Below, piece after piece: positions 1 to 13,049 of a DNA stretch of 64,000 bases; positions within the stretch are counted from its first letter, which is position 1, and every line of letters begins with the position of its first letter. The notes beneath the pieces are model-generated. The model was given only the letters and a program-made list of their open reading frames with translations. It did not search any database and was not told the origin of the DNA. A program made the position numbers and the translations under genes. The stretch comes from Eledone cirrhosa. Its lineage: Eukaryota. The stretch is from contig OZ024740.1 of assembly GCA_964016885.1 (NCBI GenBank), positions 214,334,001 to 214,398,000 of the forward strand, given 5' to 3'.

Positions 1-1870
1 CTTAGAACTCATACGGAGTATCAAATTTCGGAATAGGAGCAATTCCTTCCAGCAAGACCTGAAGAATAGAATTCGTTCTATTAAGGATTCTAATGCCGTG
101 CACGTCCATTCCGACTAAACTGGCAACCTATATCAAGTGGAGCGCAGTACTTACCATCAACTACTACATAATGCAGTAACTAAGGATTACCGTAAAACTA
201 ATCGGTGCGTCATCAATGAAATCAACGATGCTGGGTTTAAAATCACATCTGATCTCAACATCCTGGACCGGACCGAACCTCTGGACCCTATTTCTCCCCA
301 CTTTACCCTGAAGGATCACAAATCCAATTTTCCGAACAACCCCTCTATTCGGCTTATTAACCCTACGAAGTCCGATTTAGGTAGACTTAGTAAAACGATT
401 CTTGATAGAATTATACCTGAAATTAGAAGTTTGGCCCCTCTTGCACTGTGGAACAATTCTTTCGCGGTGATTGATTGGTTCAACGGCATATGTAACAAGG
501 AACATTGCCGTTTTATCCAATTCGACATCAACAATTACTAATCCTCGATCACTTTACCACTTCTCCTTAGAGCTATCAATTTCGCTAAAACACTCACAGT
601 GGTTAAGGATTTCGAAGTTGATGTCATCCTCAATGCCCGTAAGTCGGTGATTAATTTCGACGACTCTATTTGGATTAAAAAATCCAATAGTACCCCATTC
701 GACGTGAGTATGGGCGCCAGCGATTCTGCGGAGGTTACTGATCTTATCGGCCTTTTCCTTCTTTTCTCTATCAAGGACGAATTCCCCAACGCGGGCGGTG
801 GTTTGTACCGTGATGATGGTCTTTTGACCATGAATAAGTGCGGACCTCGTGCTTGCGACAGGGTCAGAAAAGAACTCACAGCCTTCTTTAAAGGCTTCAA
901 CCTCTCTATACAGGTTGAGGCCAATCTCTCGGTCATTAATTACCTCGACGTTACCCTCAATTTATTGAATGGGTTGTATTACCCGTATAGAAAGCCGAAT
1001 GATACGCTTAATTACATAAGTAAGCATTCCAACCATCCTGCCAGCATATCCAAGAACCTGGTAAGAAACGTTTCGTTGAGGCTTTCCCGTCTATCTACTA
1101 ACGAGCATATTTTCAACGACCATTCCATTTATTACAAAGAAGCTCTTGCTCGGAGTGGATTTGTCGATAAGGTAGCATATACAGAGTACGAAAATAGACT
1201 TAGAAGAAATAGATCCCGTCGCATTTGTTGGTATAACCCACCATATAATATGGAGGTGGCCACATCATTAGCTAAGATCTTTCTTTCCCTTATTACGAAG
1301 CATTTTTCCCCTACACATAAATATAGTAAAATTTTTAATAGAAATACTATTAAACTTTCTTACTCTACGACTCCTAACCTTGCACATAACATCACAGCTT
1401 TAAATTTAGCTTACTACCTAGCCGTAGGAACACGTGCTACCCTGTAGTTAGTACTAACTGTAATTGTAGGAATCGGGTTGATTGCCTCCTACCCGGGAAA
1501 TGCCCCTCTAGTAACATTTTCTACAAATGTAAGGTTGAAACACCCACGTCCCGTAGGGCCTACATAGGGTTAACCGCCAATAGATTCAAGCAGCGTCTTA
1601 ACATGCATACCCATTCTTTTTGTTACCCTCTAAGAAGGAATATGACGTCACTTTCAGCTTATATCTGGAGTCTAAAAGACAACCACACCCAATATAAGTT
1701 ACACTGGGAGATCCTAGCTAGGGCTAGATCGTATAACGGAAATAAAAGACCATGGGACCTCTGCGCCGCTGAGGCCCTGGAAATACTCTACGCCACAGAC
1801 CACATCTTAAACAAAAAATCTGAGGCAATTTGCACAAAACTTTCCTGTATTACAGCCCCACGTGATACCC
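1..1870 (+). pseudogene. Decayed Penelope-like retroelement ORF (RT + GIY-YIG), Hydra-clade-like; starts before the window edge
   Basis: ORFs 137-541 (TLKDHK..RLINPTKSDLG, FIQFDI), 599-1447 (MGASDSAEV, LYRDDGL, WYNPPY) and 1603-1965 (WEILARA..DLCAAEALEI) align in order with the intact ORF at 30900. They are broken by stops and frameshifts. A CNC..C linker and YIG lie between the ORFs at about 1456-1570. Confidence 0.9.
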
Positions 1871-2528
1871 TAACGGATAGTACGATCTATACGTGGATAT
1901 TTTACGTCTTGATGTGGTACCTAAGTATATGTCTTGTTTATACCATTACTTATTTGCATAGGTAAGTATATATTACCTGTATGTTTTGTGAAGGTATGTA
2001 TACCTTCTCGTACGTATATTTGATTGTATATGTTATGGCGTATATTTTTATATATTCTGGTACATATGGTTTGGATATGTGTATATGGAAGTTTTGCGTC
2101 TGTGTGAGTATGCAGGTTCGTACGTATGTAGGGTGTGTGTATATGTGTACTTCATGTTTTGGTTGACTTACGTCTCCGAACATTTGTGTATTTACATGTA
2201 GGTATGTGTGTGCGCTTGTTATATACGTATTTATTTATTTATATACGTTTATTTAATTATTTATTTATTTGTATACACGCATACACACACACACATATTT
2301 ATATGTGCGTGGTTTTGTATACCTATGGTAAGTGTTTTCGCGTATGCTTGTGTATGTACGTATTTGTATGCGTGTATGTATTTATTTATTTAATTTCTAT
2401 GTAGGAGAACCCCTAGCGATCCGCTGAACGAGTGTCACTTTTCAGTCCAGCCAGCGACTTGAAAACTCTGGTACAAACACTACACTTGTGACAATTATTG
2501 ACACATAGTGCTGGGCCCATGCATATTA

Positions 2529-2993
2529 ACGTCGGTATACATATATGTATGTACGTGTACATACTTATATTTAAGTAACAGCCGTACTAAGAGTGGGAAA
2601 TAAAATATCGTTTCATTTTTTCCGTTTATCGTTTTCGGTGCACCCGGCCGATTAACCCACTCGATATGCAAATTGGGCTACTCAGCCGTTAATATGCATA
2701 AGGGAAGTATATACGTTCAACAATCTGGCAGGAAGGTATACGTTGCTGACGATAGCTAACAAGCTTGAAACTAGTACAGCGTTCCTTTGTCAGTGTTGAA
2801 CAAACGAGCAACGGTGGTTGCTAGACACTACGGCTTAATACGGGATGTTTGTTTACAAACACACCGAGCATTATAATAAATATTCGGTGAATCCATACGT
2901 GCATATATATATGTGTGCATGTATGTATATATATATATACATACTACTGTACGTCGGTATACATATATGTATGTACGTGTACATACTTATATA
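2529..2993 (+). mobile_element. Non-coding ~422-nt HHR-containing repeat monomer with terminal redundancy (retrozyme-like family A)
   Basis: ACGTCGGTATACATATATGTATGTACGTGTACATACTTATAT occurs at 2529 and again at 2951. The unit holds an octamer (2666), an HHR (2740) and a hairpin CCGAGCATT..AATATTCGG, and ends in (TA)n. Homologous copies lie at 34.9-36.3 kb and 53.4-53.7 kb. Confidence 0.8.
2740..2782 (+). ncRNA. Type I minimal hammerhead ribozyme
   Basis: ACGTTG-CTGACGA-TAGCT AACA AGCT-T-GAAA-CTAG-TA-CAGCGT. Stem I ACGTTG/CAGCGT, stem II AGCT/AGCT, palindromic stem III ACTAGT, GUA cleavage triplet. Confidence 0.85.
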
Positions 2994-3604
2994 TATATAT
3001 AGATATATATATATACATAGATATATATATATATACATATAGATATATATATATACATATAGATATATATATATATACATATAGATATATATATATACAT
3101 ATAGATATATATATATATATACATATAGATATATATATATACATATAGATATATATATATATATACATATATATACATATATATACATAGATATATATAT
3201 ATATATATATACATAAATATATATATACATATATACATAGATATATATATATACATAAATATATATATACATATATACATAGATATACATATATACATAG
3301 ATATATACATATATACATAGATATATATATATACATAGATATATATATATACATATATATATATATACATAGATATATATATACATATATATACATAGAT
3401 ATATATATACATATATATACATAGATATATATATATATATATACATAGATATATATATACATATATATACATAGATATATATATATACATATATATACAT
3501 AGATATATATACATAGATATATATACATAGATATATATATAGATATACATAGATATATATATATATATATACATAGATATATATACATAGATATATATAC
3601 ATAG

Positions 3605-3695
<91 letters not shown>

Positions 3696-3803
3696 CATAT
3701 ATGTATATATATATATATACATACATACATACATACATACATACATACATACATACATACATACATACATACATACATACATACATGTGTGTGTGTGTGT
3801 GTA
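2990..3803. repeat. Compound microsatellite: (TA)n with TACATAGA variants, then (TACA)n and (TG)n
   Basis: Read directly from the sequence. Confidence 0.95.
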
Positions 3804-4274
3804 TGTTAGTGACTGTATGTGTTCCTATTTCAGCTCTTATAATACCAGATCCGATCAGATTCATGAAAAATAGAACAAAAATAAAAATGAATGAAAAAGG
3901 TGAAAGATAAAAAAATAAAATATAAAACATAAAATGACACCAAATAACAATAAAAACAACAACAACAACCCAAAATAATAAGAAAATAAATCCAAAATAA
4001 AAGATAAAAAAAAAAGTAGAGAGACAGAATGATGAAAATGAAATAGAAAGTGTATTTAAACAGAAAAGACAATGAGAAAAACAAAGAAGAAGGAGGAATG
4101 AAAGAGAAGTTTCCATAGGTGTAAAAACGGTGTTGTTTTCAACAAAGATTGCAGGTGAATGTGAATATAGTGTGTGCTATACGCACGTGTACAGTGACGC
4201 GCCTGCGCTGGCCTGCTCACGTACATGTAACGAATGTACAATGGGAAACACACACACACACACGTACACAACCA

Positions 4275-4526
4275 TGTATATATATATATATATATTTATA
4301 TATACATACACTTATATATATATGCATATATACATTTGTTTATTTATGTACATATATGTATATATATATATATATGTATGTTTATATATTTATGTATATA
4401 AATATATGTATATATATATATATATGTATGTTTATATATTTATGTATATAAATATATGTATATATATATGTATATATTTATGTTTATGCATATATATATA
4501 TATATATATACGTATATACATATACT

Positions 4527-4558
<32 letters not shown>

Positions 4559-4578
4559 TATATGTGTGTATATATATA

Positions 4579-4625
<47 letters not shown>

Positions 4626-4853
4626 GTGTGTGTATATATATATATATATATTTATGCATATATATATATATATACACAAATACACGCGTAAACATACGTC
4701 CGCTCCGCTCATATAGACGCAAACACATACAGCTCATACTTCGCCTCCCACATTTATACAATAGCAAACGCTCAGAGCAAGTACTCAGGCACCCATACAC
4801 ATGCAGGTCACTTGTATTCACATATACATACACATATATATATATATATATAT

Positions 4854-4900
<47 letters not shown>

Positions 4901-5103
4901 ATTATATATATATATTATATATATTATATATATTATATATTATATATATATTATATATTATATATATATATTATATATTATATATATATTATTATATATT
5001 TATATATATTATATATATTATATATATATGTTATATATATATATTATATATATTATATATATATATTTATATATATATATATTATATATATATATTATAT
5101 ATA

Positions 5104-5148
<45 letters not shown>

Positions 5149-5217
5149 ATATTATATATATATTATATATATATATATTATATATATATATTATATATAT
5201 ATTATATATATATATAT

Positions 5218-5251
<34 letters not shown>

Positions 5252-5252
5252 A

Positions 5253-5295
<43 letters not shown>

Positions 5296-5313
5296 ATATA
5301 TTATATATATATA

Positions 5314-5358
<45 letters not shown>

Positions 5359-5360
5359 AT

Positions 5361-5417
<57 letters not shown>

Positions 5418-5429
5418 ATTATATATATA

Positions 5430-5472
<43 letters not shown>

Positions 5473-5662
5473 ATATATAATATATATTATATATATATAT
5501 TATATATATATATATATATATTATTATATTATATAGTATATATATATATATATATATATATAATTATATATATATATAATATTATATATATTATATATAT
5601 ATTATATATATATATTATATATATATTATATATATATATATATTATATATATATATATATAT

Positions 5663-5745
<83 letters not shown>

Positions 5746-5825
5746 ATTATATATATATATATATATTATATATAAATTATATATATATATATATACTTAT
5801 ATATATATATATATTATATATATAT

Positions 5826-5858
<33 letters not shown>

Positions 5859-5861
5859 ATA

Positions 5862-5945
<84 letters not shown>

Positions 5946-5977
5946 TAATATTATATATATATTATATATATATATAT

Positions 5978-6061
<84 letters not shown>

Positions 6062-6070
6062 ACATATATA
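4275..6070. repeat. Long (TA)n/(TAT)-interrupted microsatellite with a short unique insert at about 4680-4830
   Basis: Read directly from the sequence. Confidence 0.95.
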
Positions 6071-6272
6071 TCCGTATGTAGTGACGGCTGAGAAACAAGA
6101 GTACTCAATACTGAATTACACTCGACATATTCATTTTATTAAGGGTAAATAGTCTTGTTAGTCTTAATCTTAATCTAAGACTAACAAGACTCACTATGTA
6201 CCCTTAATAAAATGAATATTTTAACTGTACGTCGGTATTGAGTACTCTTTTCTCTCAGCCGTCACTACGTAC

Positions 6273-6276
<4 letters not shown>
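6071..6276. mobile_element. Foldback (inverted) PLE-terminus fragment in (TA)n
   Basis: 6075-6165 is the reverse complement of about 6175-6272. Both arms carry TTGAGTACTC. Confidence 0.65.
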
Positions 6277-6323
<47 letters not shown>

Positions 6324-6447
6324 TACATTTAATTTGTTGGGATACAACAAGCAAATATTTTTATAACTGATATAAAGCACTCAACAAATTATTGGAGTAA
6401 AAATACGATATATTAACAAATGGAAACTATATTTATAAAACCATATT

Positions 6448-6512
6448 TATTTCATTATACATATTTCAAGGACACCAAAGCAAATTATGGAGCGCTTTCA
6501 TCAGATAAAATA
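6448..6512 (-). ncRNA. Type I hammerhead ribozyme (PLE pLTR)
   Basis: Reverse complement reads TATTTTAT-CTGATGA-stem II-GAAA-TATGTA-TA-ATGAAATA. Confidence 0.8.
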
Positions 6513-6588
6513 TCCGGGAGCTTCCAGCCGACATGGTCGCATTCTTTAAGGGTATGTCAATATTTGTTTATAAAACTGATCTATATTA

Positions 6589-6653
6589 TATTTTATCTGA
6601 TGAAAACGCACCATAATTTGCTTTGGTGTCCTTGAAATATGTATAATGAAATA
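6589..6653 (+). ncRNA. Type I hammerhead ribozyme (PLE pLTR)
   Basis: TATTTTAT-CTGATGA-AAACGCACCA..TGGTGTCCTT-GAAA-TATGTA-TA-ATGAAATA, overlapping an AATAAA. Confidence 0.8.
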
Positions 6654-6691
6654 AATATGGTTTTATAAATATAGTTTCCATTTGTTAATAT

Positions 6692-6756
<65 letters not shown>

Positions 6757-6892
6757 CAGAAAAAAAGAGAATCGGTGTTGTGACGAATGGAATTTATTGG
6801 ACATATTACAATCGTTTCTCTGGTGACCAGCTCGAGGCACGATCGATGTGATGATCGAACCTGACTAGGAAAATCTGCCTCGTAGAATCAAT

Positions 6893-6986
6893 ATGTATCT
6901 GAGGACCTTGCGATTATCAGAGTCAGGTTCGATCATCACATCGATCGTGCCTCGAGCTGGTCGCCAGAGAAACGATTGTAATATGT
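6893..6986 (+). ncRNA. Hammerhead ribozyme with an extended (63-nt) stem II domain, inside inverted PLE-end insertion 6755-7112
   Basis: ATGTAT-CTGAGGA-[63 nt; GCGATTA/TGGTCGC helix and CGATC/GATCG hairpin]-GAAA-CGATTG-TA-ATATGT, then AATAAA. Confidence 0.65.
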
Positions 6987-7109
6987 CCAATAAATTCCAA
7001 TCGTCACAACACTGATTCTCTTTTTTTCTGTGATATCATACTCTGCTCTATGAGAGCATCGAGTGCTCGTACGGCCTACCGCATACAGACGACTTAAGCA
7101 TCCAACACC

Positions 7110-7192
<83 letters not shown>

Positions 7193-7223
7193 AAAATGTG
7201 TGTAATCCTTGGTACAGTTAGGT

Positions 7224-7425
7224 ATATTAAGACAGGGGGGAAGAAAAAATGGCTTCACTTGTGCTTTCAACAAATTTATTTTCTTCACAAAATCCCAAAA
7301 GAATTTTTTTCCGGATTAGAAAAAAATTTTTTTTTTCTAATCCGGAAAAAAATTCTTTTGGGATTTTGTGAAGAAAATAAATTTGTTGAAAGCACAAGTG
7401 AAGCCATTTTTTCTTCCCCCCTGTC

Positions 7426-7432
<7 letters not shown>
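7224..7432. repeat. Near-perfect ~205-bp palindrome embedded next to (TA)n
   Basis: TTAAGACAGGGGGGAAG...CCGGATTAGAAAAAAA|TTTTTTTTTCTAATCCGG...CTTCCCCCCTGTCTTAA. Confidence 0.9.
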
Positions 7433-7485
<53 letters not shown>

Positions 7486-7689
7486 TAAATTAGCGAGAAT
7501 CGTATTTCAGCACAGGAATTAACGAAAATCAACATCCGATATGTGTGGCAAGCGCTCGATGATTCATGTGAATCAGAGCTACAACATACGTTAAGGGCCA
7601 AACACACTGAGATGATGGTTAAACATATCATCCGCACAGCCAAAACAAACGACCAAGTAATTCGGGTCAAACAATAAAAATATATGTGT

Positions 7690-7751
<62 letters not shown>

Positions 7752-7811
7752 GTGCCAAAAGCCTGGTTATTGAGTTTACTAAACTGTAAGTTGAAATTAT
7801 TTTATTTGTAA

Positions 7812-8005
7812 AAATGCAGCGCAGGAGACCCAGGAGTAGACCCCAAGTAAGATGGTTGGATAACATCCATGAGATCGGTTGGTCTCACTTGCAGATGCAC
7901 CCGGACCAATTGCTGAAGGTTTCTTCTGAGAGGACTTGCTGGAGGGAGTGTTAGCAGTTTCTAGGACAACAGTGGTCGACTAGCAAACCTATGAAGAAAA
8001 GCATT
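7812..8005 (+). mobile_element. RTE-like LINE 3' fragment
   Basis: Translates as RRRPRSRPQVRWLDNIHEIGWSHLQM..ERTCWR, which resembles the GRPxxRWxD C-terminus of RTE-clade ORFs. Confidence 0.55.
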
Positions 8006-8620
8006 TCCAGCCGTAACCATCCCGTTTATTTATATTTTTGGCTTCATTATCTTGCAAGCATTAATTTTAATTGTTATTAATAACTGCATTGTTTCTTTTC
8101 AGAGACGATGTTGAAAAATATACCTCCTTTGGTCATTCCATGAGAGTATCTTGGTCAGTCTATGAAGGAGTGATGCTAGAGCTGTAAAATCTTGCATTTA
8201 TTAATTTCAACTCTTCTTATTAATAACTGCATCGTTTCGTTCGATGGATTATGTTGAACAATAGACCTCATTTGATCATTTTATAAGAGTATTTTGGTCA
8301 GCCTATGAACTTTTCAGCCTATTAATCTTTTAGCCGACTCTTGTATACTCTTTTCTACAGTAGTGTGTGATTTGAGTGATTTTTGACTGCTACTTCTAGC
8401 TTGAGAGCCTGTCATTGACTAGCGCAGCGTGTTTAAAACGGGGAGGGGGTAATGAAAAGCTAACAATTTGTAAACAACACTCGCCTCTATGGCTTTTATT
8501 AGTTTCTTCTTTTTAGTCAGTGTATGCCTGGAATAAGTCACAAACAAAAGAATAAACATGAACGAAACGGCTTATAATAGATACGTGTGTGTATAGATCT
8601 GAAGAATATATAATAGATAG

Positions 8621-8651
<31 letters not shown>

Positions 8652-8759
8652 CATCACTCACTTTTTCTCCTTTTCCGTCTTACTATACATACACACATAC
8701 ATATATATATGCACACACACACACACACATATACATACGTACACACACACACATATATA

Positions 8760-8862
<103 letters not shown>

Positions 8863-8889
8863 ATATTTGGGGAGGGTCATATTGTTGTA

Positions 8890-9275
8890 ATAATTGTTTC
8901 TACTTTTGGCACAAGGCCAGCAATAACCCAGTGCATTACTGGTACTTTATTTTATCGACCCTGTAAGGATGAAAGGCAAAGTTAACCTCGGCGGGATTTG
9001 AACTCAGAATGGCAAGGGCCGTAACTCTATGCGTCAAAGCATGGCGTCCGACCCTCTACCGATACTGCCAATTGCCAGAAATAATTGTTTCTACTTTTGG
9101 CACAAGGCCAGCAATTATCCCAGTGCATTACTGGTACTTTATTTTATCGAGCCCGTAAGGATGAAAGGCAAAGTTAACCTTGGCGGGATTTGAACACAGT
9201 CCGTAAAGGGCCGTAACTGTGCTGCAAAGCATGGCGTCCGACTCTCTACAGATACTGCCAATCCACCGCCCTTTT
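8890..9275 (-). mobile_element. Two tandem tRNA-derived SINEs (octopus OK/Meta-domain-like)
   Basis: Reverse complement has A-box TTGGCAGTATC..GTAG, B-box GAGTTCAAATCCCG and central GCCTTTCATCCTTACGGG.TCGATAAAATAAAGTACCAG. Same family as 56.7-57.4 kb and 60.3-60.7 kb. Confidence 0.85.
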
Positions 9276-9277
9276 CC

Positions 9278-9680
9278 AGAAATAATAACAGAACACATTC
9301 ACTGTTTGGTTGGTTTTCGCTTCTGTATCTTTTATATCTCCCCAGTTAATTCATTCGATCCTCAATGTTTACCATTCACTGACCAACGGTAAACAATACA
9401 GATATAATATAGATATAAACACATATATATAGTCTAACAAAGTTCTTTCGTTGTACATCTGCAACATCATCAGTGGTACTATTATGTTCCTCCTGTTGTA
9501 TTGTATATCTACGCCATCTTTATTCTATTTATTTATTTATTTATTTTTGTCTTCTTCTCTGCGCATGCGTTTGCGTGTGTTTGGTATGTGTTCGCATTTG
9601 GGTGACTGTGTTTTTGTTATTGTAGTCTATCTTAGTTTACTAGTGTGTGTTTATATGTGTTTGTTGTTATTGTGCTTGTG
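9278..9680 (-). mobile_element. PLE 3'UTR/pLTR fragment (MTLPKY family) with minimal HHR at 9438-9476
   Basis: Homologous to 17700-18170 and 44945-45340. Reverse complement reads CTGATGA-TGTTGCA..TACAAC-GAAA-GAAC-TT. Confidence 0.75.
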
Positions 9681-9688
9681 TATATATA

Positions 9689-9749
<61 letters not shown>

Positions 9750-9753
<4 letters not shown>

Positions 9754-9952
9754 CGTTTCTGAATTTGTTTAGCAAGATTCTTTATCTGAAAATGTGTTGA
9801 AACCGACATTGTTACACTTTGGGAGTGTCATGTTGCCAATAAGAAATACACGCACCAGTTGCTTTCACTTCAATTTATTATAATAAATTGAAGTGAAAGC
9901 AACTGGTGCGTGTGTTTCTTATTGGCAACATGACCCTCCCAAAGTATAACAA

Positions 9953-9955
<3 letters not shown>
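9750..9955. mobile_element. Foldback of MTLPKY-family PLE terminus
   Basis: Inverted ATGACCCTCCCAAAGTATAACAAT arms. The left arm is about 60 nt longer. Confidence 0.75.
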
Positions 9956-9983
<28 letters not shown>

Positions 9984-10007
9984 GTATAACAATATATATA
10001 TATGTAT

Positions 10008-10067
<60 letters not shown>

Positions 10068-10078
10068 ATGTATAACAA

Positions 10079-10109
<31 letters not shown>

Positions 10110-10120
10110 ATGTATAACAA

Positions 10121-10157
<37 letters not shown>

Positions 10158-10168
10158 ATGTATAACAA

Positions 10169-10207
<39 letters not shown>

Positions 10208-10221
10208 GTATATGTTTAACA

Positions 10222-10259
<38 letters not shown>

Positions 10260-10276
10260 GTATATGTATAACAATA

Positions 10277-10335
<59 letters not shown>

Positions 10336-10336
10336 G

Positions 10337-10393
<57 letters not shown>

Positions 10394-10394
10394 G

Positions 10395-10475
<81 letters not shown>

Positions 10476-10476
10476 G

Positions 10477-10548
<72 letters not shown>

Positions 10549-10614
10549 GAGATATATATATATATAGAGATATATATGTATATATATAGATATATATATA
10601 TATATTTATATGTT

Positions 10615-10668
<54 letters not shown>

Positions 10669-10684
10669 CATATATATATATGTT

Positions 10685-10724
<40 letters not shown>

Positions 10725-10737
10725 CATATATATATAT

Positions 10738-10782
<45 letters not shown>

Positions 10783-10814
10783 CATATATATATGTTTATA
10801 TATATATATATATG

Positions 10815-10849
<35 letters not shown>

Positions 10850-10858
10850 TTATATGTT

Positions 10859-10933
<75 letters not shown>

Positions 10934-10942
10934 TTATATGTT

Positions 10943-11002
<60 letters not shown>

Positions 11003-11056
11003 CACATATATATGTATATTTATATGTTTATATGTATATATATGTATTTATATGTT

Positions 11057-11090
<34 letters not shown>
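9951..11090. repeat. (TA)n/(TATG) microsatellite with reiterated GTATAACAAT units
   Basis: Read directly from the sequence. Confidence 0.95.
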
Positions 11091-11091
11091 A

Positions 11092-11320
11092 TAGAGTAAA
11101 TGAGGAAGTTTCGTTTACATGTGAAAAATATTTATTGAGCAACGACCCGTCACGCGCGTTTCGCAGAGGATTGGCTCAATGTCCATAACTCCTATGGGTC
11201 ACCTTGAGCCAATCCTCTGCGAAACGCTCGTAACAGGTCTATACGCAATAAATATGTTTCATATGTAAACGAAATTTTCGGTCTTTTTTATAAAAGTCTT
11301 TCGTCGTACTACTGACACCT
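11092..11320. mobile_element. Foldback PLE-end fragment carrying only the 3' half of an HHR (GAAA-CGCGCG)
   Basis: About 11108-11179 is inverted at about 11204-11277. AATAAA follows the GAAACGCTCGTA. Confidence 0.6.
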
Positions 11321-11514
11321 CTCTCTCTCTCTCGCTCTCTCGCTCTCTCGCTCTCTCGCTCTCTCGCTCTCTCTCTACGATTTTCGATACAGATTTAATT
11401 GGTAACTCACTGATAGAAATTAATTTTACCTTCAATTACCCAAATAAAACATATACTATGCTTATGTATTGAGTTCCCTTTATTATCTTTTATATATGTA
11501 TGTATATATATATA

Positions 11515-12500
11515 TCTTTTACTCTTTTACATGTTCCAGCCATCCGACTGAGGCCATGCTTAGGCACCGCCCTTGTTGCTAAACATTTTAGCTCCAGCCT
11601 GCATTGGTTGGCCATTGTTGCAAGAGGGAGTTCGTTGCTGCTGCCCTTAGGTTTCCCTCATGCCTTGCTGTGGGCTCATCCGAGATCCTGGATTCAAGGT
11701 GTCGAGATGTTTCTCGAAGACATCCACATCCACACCATGCAGATCTCTCAGATCACTCGGCAGCTTGTTGAAGAGTTGAGGGCCCTTGAACCCCAGGCTA
11801 TTGCAATATCTACTCCTAATTCTAGATGTGTAAGACGGGATTTTTTGGCACCACACAGTGACGTCCTGTTCGACGGTTGGTCCAGCTCCCAATGCCAAAG
11901 TTTGGTGCTAGTCCCTCCAGGATTTTCCACATGTAGATCACTGCCTATCTCTCTCGTCTTCGTTCCAAGGAGTAGAGATTCAGTTCTTTTAGCCTCTCCC
12001 AGTAGCTTATCTCCTTCATCGTGGCAACCCTATTGGTCTAGCTTCCCTGGATTGCCTCAAGCTCCGTGGTTAGTTTGACACTATGGGGTGACCATAACTG
12101 GGAACAATAGTTCAGGCGGCTTAAGACAAATGTCCTCCATAGTGTCAACATGGTGTCTCGGTCTCTTGTCCGGAAAGTCCTCAGGATCTAGCCAGCGAGT
12201 CGTCTGCACATTGTCGCCACTCTCATGATGTGTCAGGAAAAAGATGCATCATCGCTCATGTCTATACCCAGGTCTCGTATCGGTTTCGACACGGGGATAT
12301 CGGTCCCTCCTGGTTCTGCGTAACTGTGTTGTACTGTATTTGTGTTTGCAGGTTTGTATTGTAGGGCTTAGAATTTGACAGCATTAAACTGCATGTTGTT
12401 GTCTTCCGTCCAATTGTATATGGCATCCAGATCTTGTTGTAAAAGGGCAGCGTCAGCCGGGTTTTTGATAGCTTGTGCTACTTTAGTGTCATCAGCTTAT
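11515..12500 (-). mobile_element. 5'-truncated, decayed CR1/L2-group LINE
   Basis: Reverse complement of 12360-12500 translates [45 protein letters not shown] 11647-11898 has NSLGFKGPQLFNKLP..FEKHLD, typical of the CR1-group C-terminus. Confidence 0.8.
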
Positions 12501-12626
12501 AATAGAAGTTGAGCCAACTTATGCAGCTTCAATGCAAATGAGATTAATCACCTCATTTACACATACGAGAAAAATATATATTCTCGACTGTTTATATATA
12601 TATGTGTATATATATATGTGTATATA

Positions 12627-12677
<51 letters not shown>

Positions 12678-12707
12678 GTATGTTTGTATATATACATGTG
12701 TATATAT

Positions 12708-12751
<44 letters not shown>

Positions 12752-12888
12752 GTATGTTTGTATATATACATGTGTATGTATATATATGTATGTATATATA
12801 TATATGTAAATATATATATATGTATGTATATATATATGTATGTATATATATAAATATATATATATGTATGTATATATATATATATATG

Positions 12889-12947
<59 letters not shown>

Positions 12948-13049
12948 GTTAGGTGTAGAAATATAGTTAGGTGTGTGTATATGTATGTATATACACTCAC
13001 AGATATACATATGTATGTATGTACATATGTGTGTGTATAGTGAAAATGT

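Larger units (their letters stand above)
6319..6696. mobile_element. Inverted pair of PLE pseudo-LTR ends, related to the intact element at 30.2-34.5 kb
   Basis: 6410-6512 is the reverse complement of 6589-6692. The left arm extends into sequence homologous to the leader 30760-30850. Confidence 0.85.

Noticed and set aside
11500-12078. 192-aa plus-strand ORF; likewise 13115-13645 and ORFs antisense to PLE or Dong coding regions
   Set aside because: They are antisense shadows of retroelement coding sequence or low-complexity DNA, with no recognisable motifs.
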